A stretch of 64,000 nucleotides of DNA, taken from the NCBI RefSeq assembly GCF_006345805.1, contig NC_043007.1, forward strand, positions 23,064,001 to 23,128,000, read 5' to 3'. Source of the DNA: Octopus sinensis (lineage: Eukaryota). Positions 48,141 to 59,338 of this stretch are shown piece by piece (the first letter of the stretch is position 1; each line of letters starts with the position of its first letter). Under the pieces are notes generated by a model. The model made no database searches. It was not told the origin of the DNA and saw only the letters and a list, made by a program, of their open reading frames with translations. The position numbers and the translations under genes were made by a program.

Positions 48141-48183
48141 TGAACCTGATGAATGCTTAAATGCAAGAAAGTATACTAGTTTA
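48141..48183 (+). ncRNA. Minimal type I hammerhead-like motif
   Basis: TGAAC-CTGATGA-ATGC-TTAAAT-GCAA-GAAA-GTATAC-TA-GTTTA; A.A mismatch at the base of stem II. Confidence 0.4.
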
Positions 48184-48364
48184 ATGAGAATAGACATTTA
48201 ATATTTATTTTTCAATATTTCATTTCATTTCTTTCTTACTATATATTCTATATCCTATATTAATATTATAAGAATATAAATAAAACATGAAAAACAAAGA
48301 GAGTTGGAATTCCTTTTAGTAATTTATTATTCTATACACAATCATACAAACCCCTTTGTATATA

Positions 48365-48504
48365 AATCCTTAAATCCTTAAAAATGTTTTAGCCCAAAGG
48401 ACGTGGCCATACTGGGGCACCACCGCTGGAAATTGCCTGACCAGACACGAACTCACCATCTTCTGATTCGAAGTCAGACGACTTATCCATTATGCCACGT
48501 GGTC
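48365..48504 (-). pseudogene. tRNA-Arg(TCG)-derived pseudogene or minimal SINE
   Basis: GACCACGTGGCATAATGGATAAGTCGTCTGACTTCGAATCAGAAGAT has an intact anticodon arm but broken D/T arms and no 3' acceptor strand; fused to a GGTGGTGCCCCAGTATGGCCAC tail. Confidence 0.75.
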
Positions 48505-48546
48505 AGCCTATATATATATATATATATATATATAAATATCTTATGC

Positions 48547-48599
<53 letters not shown>

Positions 48600-48604
<5 letters not shown>

Positions 48605-49851
48605 GCATAAGATATTTGAAGACAGATTTATGTTTATAAGAAAAAACAGATATATAATAACAGATAATAGCTTTATTTATCAAAAATGCTATGAGGGTAA
48701 AAGTAAACCTTCTTTTCTATGATGTTCAATAAAGCCACCTTCAACTTCAGCAACTGCTTCTATATGAGATCTAAATCATCTACATGCTTGAATCAAGAGG
48801 TCCTGGTTCATTTTGGACTTTACTTTGACTATGGCAGTTTTCAAAGAATCTTTGGTGTTATGGGCATGTTCATTGACCTCTCTCTCAACAATGCTCCACA
48901 TGTAATAGTCCAATGGATTGAGATCTGGAGAATTAGGAGGCCAGATGTTAGGAGTTATGTGATCATGAAAATTTTCATCCATCCACTCCTGTGTTACTAG
49001 AGCCATGTGTGATAGTGCAGTGTCTTACTGAAACACATATGACCTTCCATTGCATACGCTGTCAATCCAGGGCTTAACAATTATTTCCAGAACCTCAATG
49101 TAGGCAGCAGACCTTGTGGAAAGAAGTAAGGAGGCATCACATGTCCTTCATTACTGACAACCCCTAAAACCATGACAGTTGCAGCAAATATTGTATGCAT
49201 GAACAGTTGGAACTACAGAAGGGTCTGTGCATAACCATCTGTCATTTCTTCTGTTAACTTTTTGATTTTGCTCAAAATTTTTCTTGTTTGAGAAAAAACC
49301 CAAATCAAATCTTCTGCTGGAGTTTTAAGTTTGTTTAAGAGCCTTCTAGATCTGATGTAGTGATTTTCTTTTGCATTTCTTGACAAATTGACCCTTCCTC
49401 ATCATATAAGACTTATATCTGATGTCTTTGTTGACAACATTTCTGACTGTTCCTTCTGACACATGGAGATCTTTTCTAATTGACCTCGTGAAATTTCTGA
49501 GATTGTAATCAATGGTCTGTTGAACTTGCTGGATAAATTCAGGTGTTTTGATGATATCAGAGCGCTTAAAATACTTTTTATGCTTTGATACTGGTGATAC
49601 ATTTCCATCTTCAGTCTCTAACTCTTTACAAACTTTGTAGACGAAAGATCTGGCAACTTTTAAAAATTGAGATATTTCTAAATCACTATGCTCAGACTTT
49701 ATAATCACAATAACAGCATGCCTCTTCATTTCTTGAGTAAGCTGAGGGTCTGACATTATTATTATTTTCTGAAACAAAGATTATACAGAGTTAGCAAAAA
49801 ATGTAACAATGACCCAAAAAAGGTTTGTCGTCAAATACCTTATGCACCCTG
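48600..49851 (-). mobile_element. Decayed DD37D (maT-type) Tc1/mariner transposon
   Basis: TIRs of about 25 bp, AGGGTGCATAAG(A/G)TATTTGA(A/C)GAC; HTH ORF 49346-49777; DTALSH...WPPNSPDLNPLDY with 37 residues between the last two catalytic Asp; stops and frameshifts. Confidence 0.9.
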
Positions 49852-50375
49852 TGTGTGTGTGTGTGTGTGTTATAATAAATGTATGTATGCATGTATTGTT
49901 CTTTATATATAATTTCATATACTTTTTTAAAGCTATTTATTTTATGTATCTATTTTTCTTCCCCTTTTTATCCCTTCCTGTATTTTGTTAACATTAAGGA
50001 TGGTCAACTCCCTGAACTTCTACGTAGCATGTTAACTGTTCTGAAATAACATGTTTATTTTTACTGACCAAACCAAAGTAATATATATATTTATATATAC
50101 ATTGTATACATAAAGAAAAAAACTGAGTTGAATCGTTGGTGTAACCATGATGTTCTGGTGATCTGATGAGCTAGTTTTTTTTTATATTTGCATTGATTTA
50201 TGAATATGCAATTGTATTGTATAATGCATAGCAGACATATTAATGAAAATATATAAGCATAATTTTATTCCACATTGAAATTTTTACTATATGAAGAAGG
50301 GTGCGGAACGGTCATAATCCTAAGGATGTCAAGTGGTTAAATAAATATATTCATCTCTCATACCTCCTTTTATAG

Positions 50376-50425
<50 letters not shown>

Positions 50426-50495
50426 TATATACTTTGATACTTTGATAGGTTTCGGCTATTATTGGCCCAGGCCATGTCTAACTTAATAGCACGAC

Positions 50496-50582
<87 letters not shown>

Positions 50583-50583
50583 A

Positions 50584-50910
50584 TATAATACAAATAAGAA
50601 AATGGAGAAACACATTAGTTGGTTTATCAGCTTTAGGATATTAGAATGTTGACTTATTTATTTAACAAAACGAGAACCATAATAACATACATACATACAG
50701 CATATTATTCTATGCATATAAAATAAGAATACAAGCAACTATTAAAAACATGAATATAAATTATTAAAATCACTTATATGCATAGAATAATATGCTATAT
50801 GTATGTATGTTACTACAATTATCATGTTAATAAATAAATAAGTTAACATTTTAATGTCCTAAAGTTGATGAACCAAATATTGTGCTTCTCCATTTTCATA
50901 TTTGCTATAT
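50584..50910. mobile_element. Older foldback/MITE between (TA)n runs
   Basis: Diverged inverted arms of about 130 bp (AAAATGGAGAAACACA.../...TGTGCTTCTCCATTTT). Confidence 0.7.
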
Positions 50911-51924
50911 ATATATATATATAATACTTGTATATTCAGCAAAGGGAATTATGAATACAAAATCCAGAAAGCTGTACATAAAAGCCTCCCAAACCGAAAC
51001 GCTCCATGGCGTCTTAATAATATAGTAGGTTCCTCGCCCCAATTCTAAGCCATATCACTGAGAAATGCCCATTTATAAAAAGAATTCCTTAAGTATTAAA
51101 AAACAAAACTATTCAGTTATGAAGCTATCATATCCGTTGATATTCTTAAGCCAGAAAGTTTTTCAGACGTTGGTATTCAACAAACTTCACTTCAAGTACA
51201 AAATGAAAGTTACGAAGCAGACGACATCTACACCGTTTTCTTCTGTATTTTATATTTAATTCGATTTTTTTTTAAATCTTGCGCATTTTAAACAAGTTCT
51301 CCGCAAAAGCAAAAAAAAAAAAAAACACAAAAAACACAAAAGACACCCCCCACCAACAAACAAAAAAAAAACCCAACAACCATTCACTTCGTTTTTTTTG
51401 AAAATCTTACGATTCGGTGTTCTTTACCTTGCTTGACAAATTGAAAGAAAATGGCGGAAAAAAATTGAAAATTGAAATAGAGGGAAAAATGAAAAAGAAA
51501 AGTAATTGAACATATCTGAAATATTTATTATTTTTTATCAACACAAAGTTGCAATAATCGTATTTGCAAGATAACGTTTTCCAGTGGATCACGATTAAAT
51601 TTATTACACCATATGAATTCAATCATTTTCCACGAATTCAATCGTTTTCCATGAATTCAACCATTTTCGTCTCGCTCCACATAGTTTCAATTGAATTTGC
51701 TATGGCCTGATTAACAGGATTAAAAACGGTTTAATTCATCTTAGTATATTCTATGTATATATAAAAATCTACAAAATGATATCGCTGTCGGCTGCTAGCT
51801 TCCATTTTCGTTTTGCCCCGGCAGCGAAGGATTTTGTACACGAACATCAGAAGCACTTAATCTACTAGGCATTTGGCCAGGCAAGTAAAGAAGTCTTGCT
51901 CAAGATCACACAACTAGTCACAAA

Positions 51925-52230
51925 GGTACTACTTAAGAAGAGTGGTCCCGTTGTGCGCACACGCGTACTCGCGCATCCGCGCTAGCTAGTCGTGACTAGT
52001 CGATCCTACAACGACTACCTAGTAAAGTAAATAAAACACAAAATAAATAATTTTTTTTACACAAAGTAAATAATTTTTTAAAACAAAGTAAATAAAACAC
52101 AAAAATACAAAGTAAATAATTTTTTAAGACAAAGTAAATAAAACACAAAAACACAAAGGATCGACTAGTCACGATTAGCTAGCGCAAGTATGCGCTAGTA
52201 CGCGAGCTAGTACTTTTCTTAAGTAGTACC
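51925..52230. mobile_element. Merlin-like MITE, copy 1
   Basis: TIR GGTACTACTTAAGAAGAGT..., 8-bp TSD GTCACAAA; empty site at about 53113-53130. Confidence 0.85.
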
Positions 52231-52559
52231 GTCACAAATCTCCAGAATATGTGATGCACACCGTGCAAAAACCATTTATCAACTAGCTGTAAGTATTTAT
52301 CTATTTGAATTATTTCATTTATAATAACTATTTGCCGTTTATTACAAACACTCATAACGTTTTACAACACGATATTGCTGTCGTCTGCTAGCTTCCATTT
52401 TCGTTTTGCCCCGGCGACGAAGGACTTCGTAAACGGACGTCAAGAAGCACTTAGTCTACTTTTATTTTTGATGTGACGATTTTTTACGGATTTCTTACGC
52501 ACGAATTAAAATGTTTGCTCAGGCAAGTAAAGAAGTCTTGCTCAAGTAAAGAAGTCTTG

Positions 52560-52876
52560 CGGCGTAAGTTGACCAAAATTGAGAGTATGATAGAAGGCTT
52601 TCTCTTCATTCCGCAGAAGAAGAAAAATTCAAATCGGACCATGTTAATACCAAAAATTATTTACCTCAAAAAGGTGCTTTTTTTCTATGAAAATCCCTAT
52701 TTTTTACGATTTTTTTACTGCTGTGTCGTCATTTTTCGGTGTATTTCAACAAGAAAAATGTTCACTTAAAGAGAATAACAAGCTACATAATGCAAAATTT
52801 TTACTTTTAAAAAATTCCAATTCTAAAGGGTCGAAAAAAACAAACAAGTCCGAGCAACGCTCGGCGATACTGCTAG
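52560..52876 (+). mobile_element. Helitron, 5'-deleted copy
   Basis: Same 3' hairpin and CTAG|T, at the same host position as 53204-53602. Confidence 0.8.
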
Positions 52877-53203
52877 TAATAACTATTTACAGTTTATTAC
52901 AAACACTCATAACGTTTTACAACATGATATTGCTGTCGTCTGCTAGCTTCCATTTTCGTTTTGCCCCAGCGACGAAGGACTTCGTAAACGAACATCAGAA
53001 GCACTTAATCTACTTTTATTTTTGATGTGACGATTTTTCACGGATTTCTTACGCACGAATTAAAATGTTTGCTCAGGCAAGTAAAGAAGTCTTGCTCAAG
53101 ATCACACAACTAGTCACAATTCTCCAGAATGTGTGATGCAAACCGTGCAGAAACCATTTATCAACTAGATGTAAGTATTTCTCTATTTGAATTACTTCAT
53201 TTA

Positions 53204-53602
53204 TCTCTCTATATATAAAGCTGAAGTTGTCTGTGTATGTCAGGTTTGGTAGCCTTCAACTAACACTATCTCCTCCGATACCCTGCGGTGCAAGTTGACC
53301 AAAATTGAGAGTATGATAGAAGAAGGCTTGTTCTTCATTCCGTAGAAGATAAAATTCAAATCGGACCATGTTAACACCAAAAATTATTTACATCAAAATG
53401 GTGCTTTTTTTTCTATGAAAATCCCTATTTTTTACGATTTTTTGACTGCTGTGTCGTCATTTTTCGGTGTATTGCAACCAGAAAAAGGTTCACTTAAAGA
53501 GAATAACAAGCTACACAATGCAAGGTTTTTACTTTTCAAAAATTCCAATTCTAAAGGGTCGAAAAGAAAACAAACCCGAGCAACGCTCGGCGATACTGCT
53601 AG
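53204..53602 (+). mobile_element. Non-autonomous Helitron, full length
   Basis: A|TCTCTCTATATATAAA 5' end; hairpin CCGAGCAACGCTCGG; CTAG|T; empty A|T site at about 52321-52322. Confidence 0.88.
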
Positions 53603-53937
53603 TAATAACTATCTACAGTTTATTACAAACACTCGTAATGTTTTACGTGCTTTGATACAGTATAAATCTTTAATTAATTTATTTACTAAATTGGAGGTGA
53701 GCCGACTTGTCACTGCTGATCCAGTTTCAGCCAATTTTTTAACTACACACAACGAAGTAAGTACGGTTAGCCATGTCGATTTGATGTTGACATTTAACTG
53801 AAAGATGGAGGGTTTGGAATCTCAAATATGGTGGGGCAACAATTAGAAGACTTCTGTGAAGGATTAAGAATGTAAAGTTTCTGGCACTTGCACTTCGCTT
53901 AAGATTGAGGAAGGCACAAAAAATGAGTGCTGCTTTG

Positions 53938-54343
53938 GTTACTCTTTTACTTGTTTCAGTCATTTTGACTGCGGCCATACTGGAGCACCGCCTTTAGTCG
54001 AGCAAATCGAACCCAGGACTTATCTTTTGTAAGCCTAGTACTTATTCTATCGGTCCTTTTTGCCGGACCGCTAAGTTACGGGGACGTAAACACACCAACA
54101 TCGGTTGTCAAGTGATGTTGGGGTGGGGTGGGGTGGGGTGGGGGACAAACACACACACACACACACACATATATATACATATATACGACGGACTTCTTTC
54201 AGTTTCCGTCTACCAAATCCACTCACAAGGCTTTGGTCGGCCCGAGGCTATAGTAGAAGACACTTGCCCAAGGTGCCACGCAGTGGGACTGAACCCGGAA
54301 CCATGTGGTTTGTAAGCAGGCTACTTACCACACAGCCACTCCG
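53938..54343 (-). mobile_element. SINE family A with a (GGGGT)n expansion
   Basis: Full-length copy; G-runs at 54120-54144. Confidence 0.86.
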
Positions 54344-54469
54344 GCAAACTAATAAATGATTACGACCGATTGAAAAGGAGTGTATGGTTTGTATAGTGTC
54401 GTGGGCGATGTAAGATAAATGTTAACTGACCTTCACTGAACTGTGGTAAATGGTTTCTCATTTATCACT

Positions 54470-54633
54470 CTACGGAGTGGTTGGTGTTAGGAAGGGCATC
54501 CAGCCGTAAAATCCCTGCCAAAACAGACCCAGTAGCCTTGGGTAGATTTTCTACTTGGCCAGCTCCTGTCAACCGTCCTACCCAGGCATGCATGGGAGAT
54601 GGACGTTAAACGATGATGATGATGATGATGATG
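54470..54633 (+). mobile_element. SINE-like family D variant, 3' part
   Basis: GGAAGGGCATCCAGCCGTAAAA core and (GAT)n tail. Confidence 0.72.
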
Positions 54634-54762
54634 AACTACAAGATTGTGAACGAACCAGCGAGGGAACCTCTACGTGGTCGCTCAACCTGCAAGAAATAGC
54701 AGTCAAGTATTTCCTTAATTTACTTTAGCGTCTTCAGCAATAAAAAGACACATTAGATAATG

Positions 54763-55062
54763 GGAACTACTTAAGAAGAGTGGTCCCGGTGCGCGCGCTC
54801 GCTCGCGCATCCGCGCTAGCTAGTCGTGACTAGTCGATCCTTTGTGTTTTATTACTTTGTTTAAAAAATTATTTACTTTGTGTTTTTGTGTTTTATTTAC
54901 TTTATTTAAAAAAATTATTTACTTTGTGTAAAAAAATTATTTATTTTGTGTTTTATTTACTTTGCTAGGTAGTCGTTGTAGGATCGACTAGTCACGACTA
55001 GCTAGCGCGGATGCGCGACTACGCGAGTGCGCTCACTGGGACCACTCTTCTTAAGTAGTACC
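54763..55062. mobile_element. Merlin-like MITE, copy 2 (opposite orientation)
   Basis: TIR GGAACTACTTAAGAAGAGTGGTCCC / GGGACCACTCTTCTTAAGTAGTACC; 9-bp TSD TAGATAATG. Confidence 0.87.
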
Positions 55063-55509
55063 TAGATAATGTAATACTTGATATATCCCATAAAAATACA
55101 GAATAATCACTGCTAGAGCTGTTGGAACTATTGATACAAGACCAACAACAACGGACGGTCCGTTTGGTTCCATTTTCTCACGGTGCAAGCAAGTAATTTT
55201 ACAAAAATGATCAACAATTGCAACCCCAGTCCTGTTAGTTTCAGTACAAAATAGTTTTGTTTTTAATGATTTTGTCAGAAGACCAGGCTTTTGAAGGTTC
55301 TTTGGGTGCAGTGAAATTGATAGGGTTTGATCATAGATTTGATCTGGGACTAATCAGCAGCAGTAACACCACATCTCTGGAAAGAGGTATTTATTACAAT
55401 AATAATAATAAAAAAATAGCAAAAGTTTTTTAGATGATTAATCTTAATTAATACCTCTAGTTAATTGTAAGTACTTACCACACAGCCACTCCTGCGCCTA
55501 TTGTAATAA

Positions 55510-56147
55510 TCCTTTCTATTAAAGGCACAAGGCCTGAAGCTTGGTGGGAGGGAACTAGTCGACTACGTCGACTCCAGCGTTTCACTGGTAGTTAATTTAT
55601 CGATCCCGAAAGGATGAAAGGCTAAGTCGACCTCGGCGGAATTTGAACTCAGAACGTAGCGGCAGACGAAATACCTATTTCTTTACTACCCACAAGGGGC
55701 TAAACACAGAGAGAACGAACAAGGACAGACAAACGGATTAAGTCGATTACATCGATCCCAGTGTGTAACTGGTACTTATTTAATCGACCCCGAAAGGATG
55801 AAAGGCAATGTCGACCTCGGCGGAATTTGAACTCAGAACGTAGCGGCAGACGAAATACCGCTAAGCATTTCGCCCGGCGTGCTAATGTTTCTGCCAGCTC
55901 GCCGCCTTAAATACCTATTTCTTTACTACCCACAAGGGGCTACACACAGAGGGGACAAACAAGGACAGGCAAACGGATTAAGTCGATTACATCGACCTCA
56001 GTGCGTAACTGGTACTTATTCAATCGACTCCGAAAGGATGAAAGGCAAAGTCGACCTCGGCGGAATTTGAACTCAGAACATAAAGACAGACGAAATGCCG
56101 CTAAGCATTTTCCCCGGCATGCTAAAGATTCAGCCAGCTCGCCGCTT
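55510..56147 (-). mobile_element. Three head-to-tail SINE family B units
   Basis: Junctions at about 55671-55680 (tail to internal GGTATTTCGTCTGCC) and about 55909 (tail + GGTATTT to full head). Confidence 0.87.
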
Positions 56148-56737
56148 TGTCTACGTTGTAATAATAACAGAAATAACGTGCATAACATACGATATAGTAA
56201 TTACATCTGGATTATATATGTAATAATTAAATTATATATTATACATTTTGTGTTTTGTTATTGCTCAGTGGAAACATTGTCTTGCACGAAACTGGTCAGC
56301 GGTGCAAAAACAGATTGGGAACCACTGGTAGACAGCATGAAGTATATCGACCTCTCTAACTTAATTAACCAAAATTCATACTACTGTCTCTTTGAGTGAT
56401 TTCCCTTGGCTCTTTATATTGTTTTTAACCACTCAAATTCATTTCGCCAAATGAAACATAACGACCTTTTTTTTTTCTATATGTGAAAATTTATATTCGA
56501 TTTGCAGACTTGGGTATCATATTCACATGTTAGCATCATATTAAATATTTTATCTGCACGTCTAGAAGCGCCGTGTAAATAAATATATACTGATAATCAA
56601 AGGTATTAATGAATGGCTCAAATAATATCGACAGAAAAAAGATGAAAGTGTATTATTATTTGATAGAGAAGTCAAAATCTTGAACCAAACAAAATAGATT
56701 TATTAATTGGATTCTCTGTCTATGTCTGTCTCTCTTT

Positions 56738-56740
<3 letters not shown>

Positions 56741-56819
<79 letters not shown>
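56741..56819. repeat. (GA)n microsatellite
   Basis: Direct observation. Confidence 0.95.
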
Positions 56820-56823
<4 letters not shown>

Positions 56824-56964
56824 TGGACAGTTTATTTATACTTATATTGGTAAACTTATTTGTCTGATGATAGACGGCAAAGAATTCCGCACGAATAATG
56901 ATTTCCCATTCGTAACATTAGGGTACAAAAAATGATGATCAAAAGTTTATATAATTTACATGTA

Positions 56965-57036
<72 letters not shown>

Positions 57037-57110
57037 TGTGTGTGTGTGTATATATTATTATGTCCATTATATATATATATATATATGTATGTATATATAT
57101 ATAAATACAT

Positions 57111-57143
<33 letters not shown>

Positions 57144-57524
57144 CATACAGTGGGGAGAAATAAATATTCGTACATGTCAGAATTCTTAATTTATTTAATT
57201 TCTAATGAACATAAATGGGATATACCAATACTATATTTGCATACAGCTGCATAAACTAACCCCACTAAAATACTAACTGCTGTACATCTTAAAGTGTGCT
57301 TCTCCTCCGGATTTATGTATTTCTAAAAACGATATATATATATATATATATATAGGTATGTATATATATGTGTGCGTGTGTGTGCCTCATTGCGCGTGTG
57401 TAAATGTATTTTCATTTTGAAAGTTTTCAAAAAATGCTGAGTATTGTAAATATGAGCAAGTTGACAACCAGTTAGAGTTCTCTCCCTTATATTAAACTTA
57501 TTGACGACTGCTTTCTATCTATCT

Positions 57525-57541
57525 ATCTATCTATCTATCTA

Positions 57542-57639
<98 letters not shown>

Positions 57640-57640
57640 A

Positions 57641-57671
<31 letters not shown>

Positions 57672-57678
57672 ACTATCT
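57525..57678. repeat. (ATCT)n microsatellite
   Basis: Direct observation; follows into a Tx1-like 3' tail fragment ending GCCCTGTGTGGCTAATAAAGAAA at about 57770. Confidence 0.92.
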
Positions 57679-58457
57679 TTATTTTTTATTTTTTTTAAAC
57701 CTTCAAAAGAAAAGCTCTACCTTGTAATTTGTTCTATCTGTGTGCAGCCCTGTGTGGCTAATAAAGAAACATATCTATCTAACTATCTGATTTAATAAAA
57801 TGCCAAAACCTGCGTTTATGCTTATTGTTATCCATTTTTAATTTTCAGAAATTAAAATAAAAGCATCAACAACAAAACATACATTTTTCCTTCGCTTGTA
57901 TGTCGATTCTTTTCACACGACGAGAAATATCGACATTAGACAATATCATTCTGCAATCAAGGCTAATACCTACGGGGAATTTTCTATGACTTATGAACAA
58001 TGCAATAATGCACAGCGGTATTTCTTCAGATCTGTATTCCAGGACATTAATCTTACAGATTTCCCATAGCTGAAAGCAAAGACACTAAGTAAATTATATC
58101 TCAGCATCTTATAGAGCTTAATTAACACTATGATACTTTAAACACAAATAGACAAGGCATTAGGAAGATATTTTTCGCTAGAAAGCATTATTATACTACT
58201 CAGATTATAACAGTACTGTAGCTTTTTGGATAATCAGTCATTTGCTTTATGCCTTGCCTCTGGATTTGTGTGCTGATTAATGTTATAAAATCATTGGAAT
58301 TTCTCCTTCTTGACATGCAATACAATATATTTAACTGTTTTATTGGGCGTTCTCGCCTCTGTTCGTGGATTCTTCAAAGGCCGGTATTTATTTTATTTGT
58401 ATCTTTTATCTTCTACCTGTTTCAGTCATTTGACAACGGTCATACTGGGGCATCTCC

Positions 58458-58680
58458 TTTGACGAACCGCTAAGTTATTTTATCGGTCTTCTTTGGCGAA
58501 CCGCTAAGTTATCGAACACGTTTGGCAAACCGCTAGGTTATTTTACCGATCTCCTTTGGCGAATCGCGAAGTTATTTTATCGATTTCCTTTGGCGAACCG
58601 CTAGGTTATTTTATCGATAACGTTCGGCGAACCGCTAAGTTATTTTATCGACCACGTTTGGCGAACCGCTAAGTTATTTT
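58458..58680. repeat. 34-bp minisatellite x7 derived from SINE family A
   Basis: GAACCGCTAAG-like cores at 58464, 58498, 58527, 58561, 58595, 58629 and 58663. Confidence 0.9.
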
Positions 58681-58762
58681 AAGTTCAGACACCTTTTGCC
58701 CGATTTCAATCTAATTTTCAACATGTTAAAGTGTTAGCGGATTTGTAATTTAAGCGCGGAAA

Positions 58763-58985
58763 TCTAATTTTTTTATAAATAAGAGATAGATAGATAGATT
58801 GATAGAGAAATATAGAGAGTAAGTGAAAGCGAGGGAGAGTTCGAAGGAAAGGAAGAGTAAGAGAGTGAGAAAGTGAGAGAGAAAGAAAGAGGGAGAATGT
58901 GGCGAGCAATAAGAAACATAAAGGAAGCAACAGAAAGTAATAACCAGACCCTCACCCACGCGTAGAGCGGGTCACCTTAAGCTAG
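58763..58985 (+). mobile_element. Probable small non-autonomous Helitron
   Basis: A|TCTAATTTTTTTATAAA start; imperfect hairpin ACCCACGCGTAGAGCGGGT; CTAG|T end. Confidence 0.5.
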
Positions 58986-59147
58986 TCTGTTGATGTAAAT
59001 TCTACGGGTACTATGGAATTCTTGATGTATATCCAGTAGCAAGAGCATTTCCACAGTATGATGATATCAGGTAGCCAATCACTGCGGACGAGCTTTGCAT
59101 AGCATACTACAAAATATTTACCTGAATTTTATTTAACTATCTATCTG

Positions 59148-59338
59148 TATTGTGTCTGGGGAGAGTCATTTTCTTTTTGTGCCTTATAATATAACACACT
59201 CACCTGTAAAATTTCAAAACTATTGAAAAGGTTGCAAGACGCAACGAAAATTTTAGAAAAATAAAACTAAGAAAAAAGTGGAAATTTTACAGGTGAGTGT
59301 GTTATATAAAAAGAAAATGACTCTCCCCAGACACAATA
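59148..59338. mobile_element. MITE with about 60-bp inverted arms
   Basis: TATTGTGTCTGGGGAGAGTCATTTTC...CACTCACCTGTAAAATTTC is mirrored at 59281-59338; possible TA TSD. Confidence 0.7.

Larger units (their letters stand above)
51775..53640. repeat. Tandem array of an approximately 330-bp unit with nested Merlin-like MITE and Helitron
   Basis: GCTGTCGTCTGCTAGCTTCCATTTTCGTTTTGCCCC recurs near 51784, 52376 and 52932; a fourth unit is truncated at about 53640. Confidence 0.85.

Noticed and set aside
48436-48504. Functional tRNA-Arg(TCG) gene
   Set aside because: D and T stems are disrupted and the 3' acceptor strand is missing
58458-58680. Conserved repeat with variable insert as a CRISPR-like array
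   Set aside because: The variable part is only about 5 nt and the unit derives from SINE A
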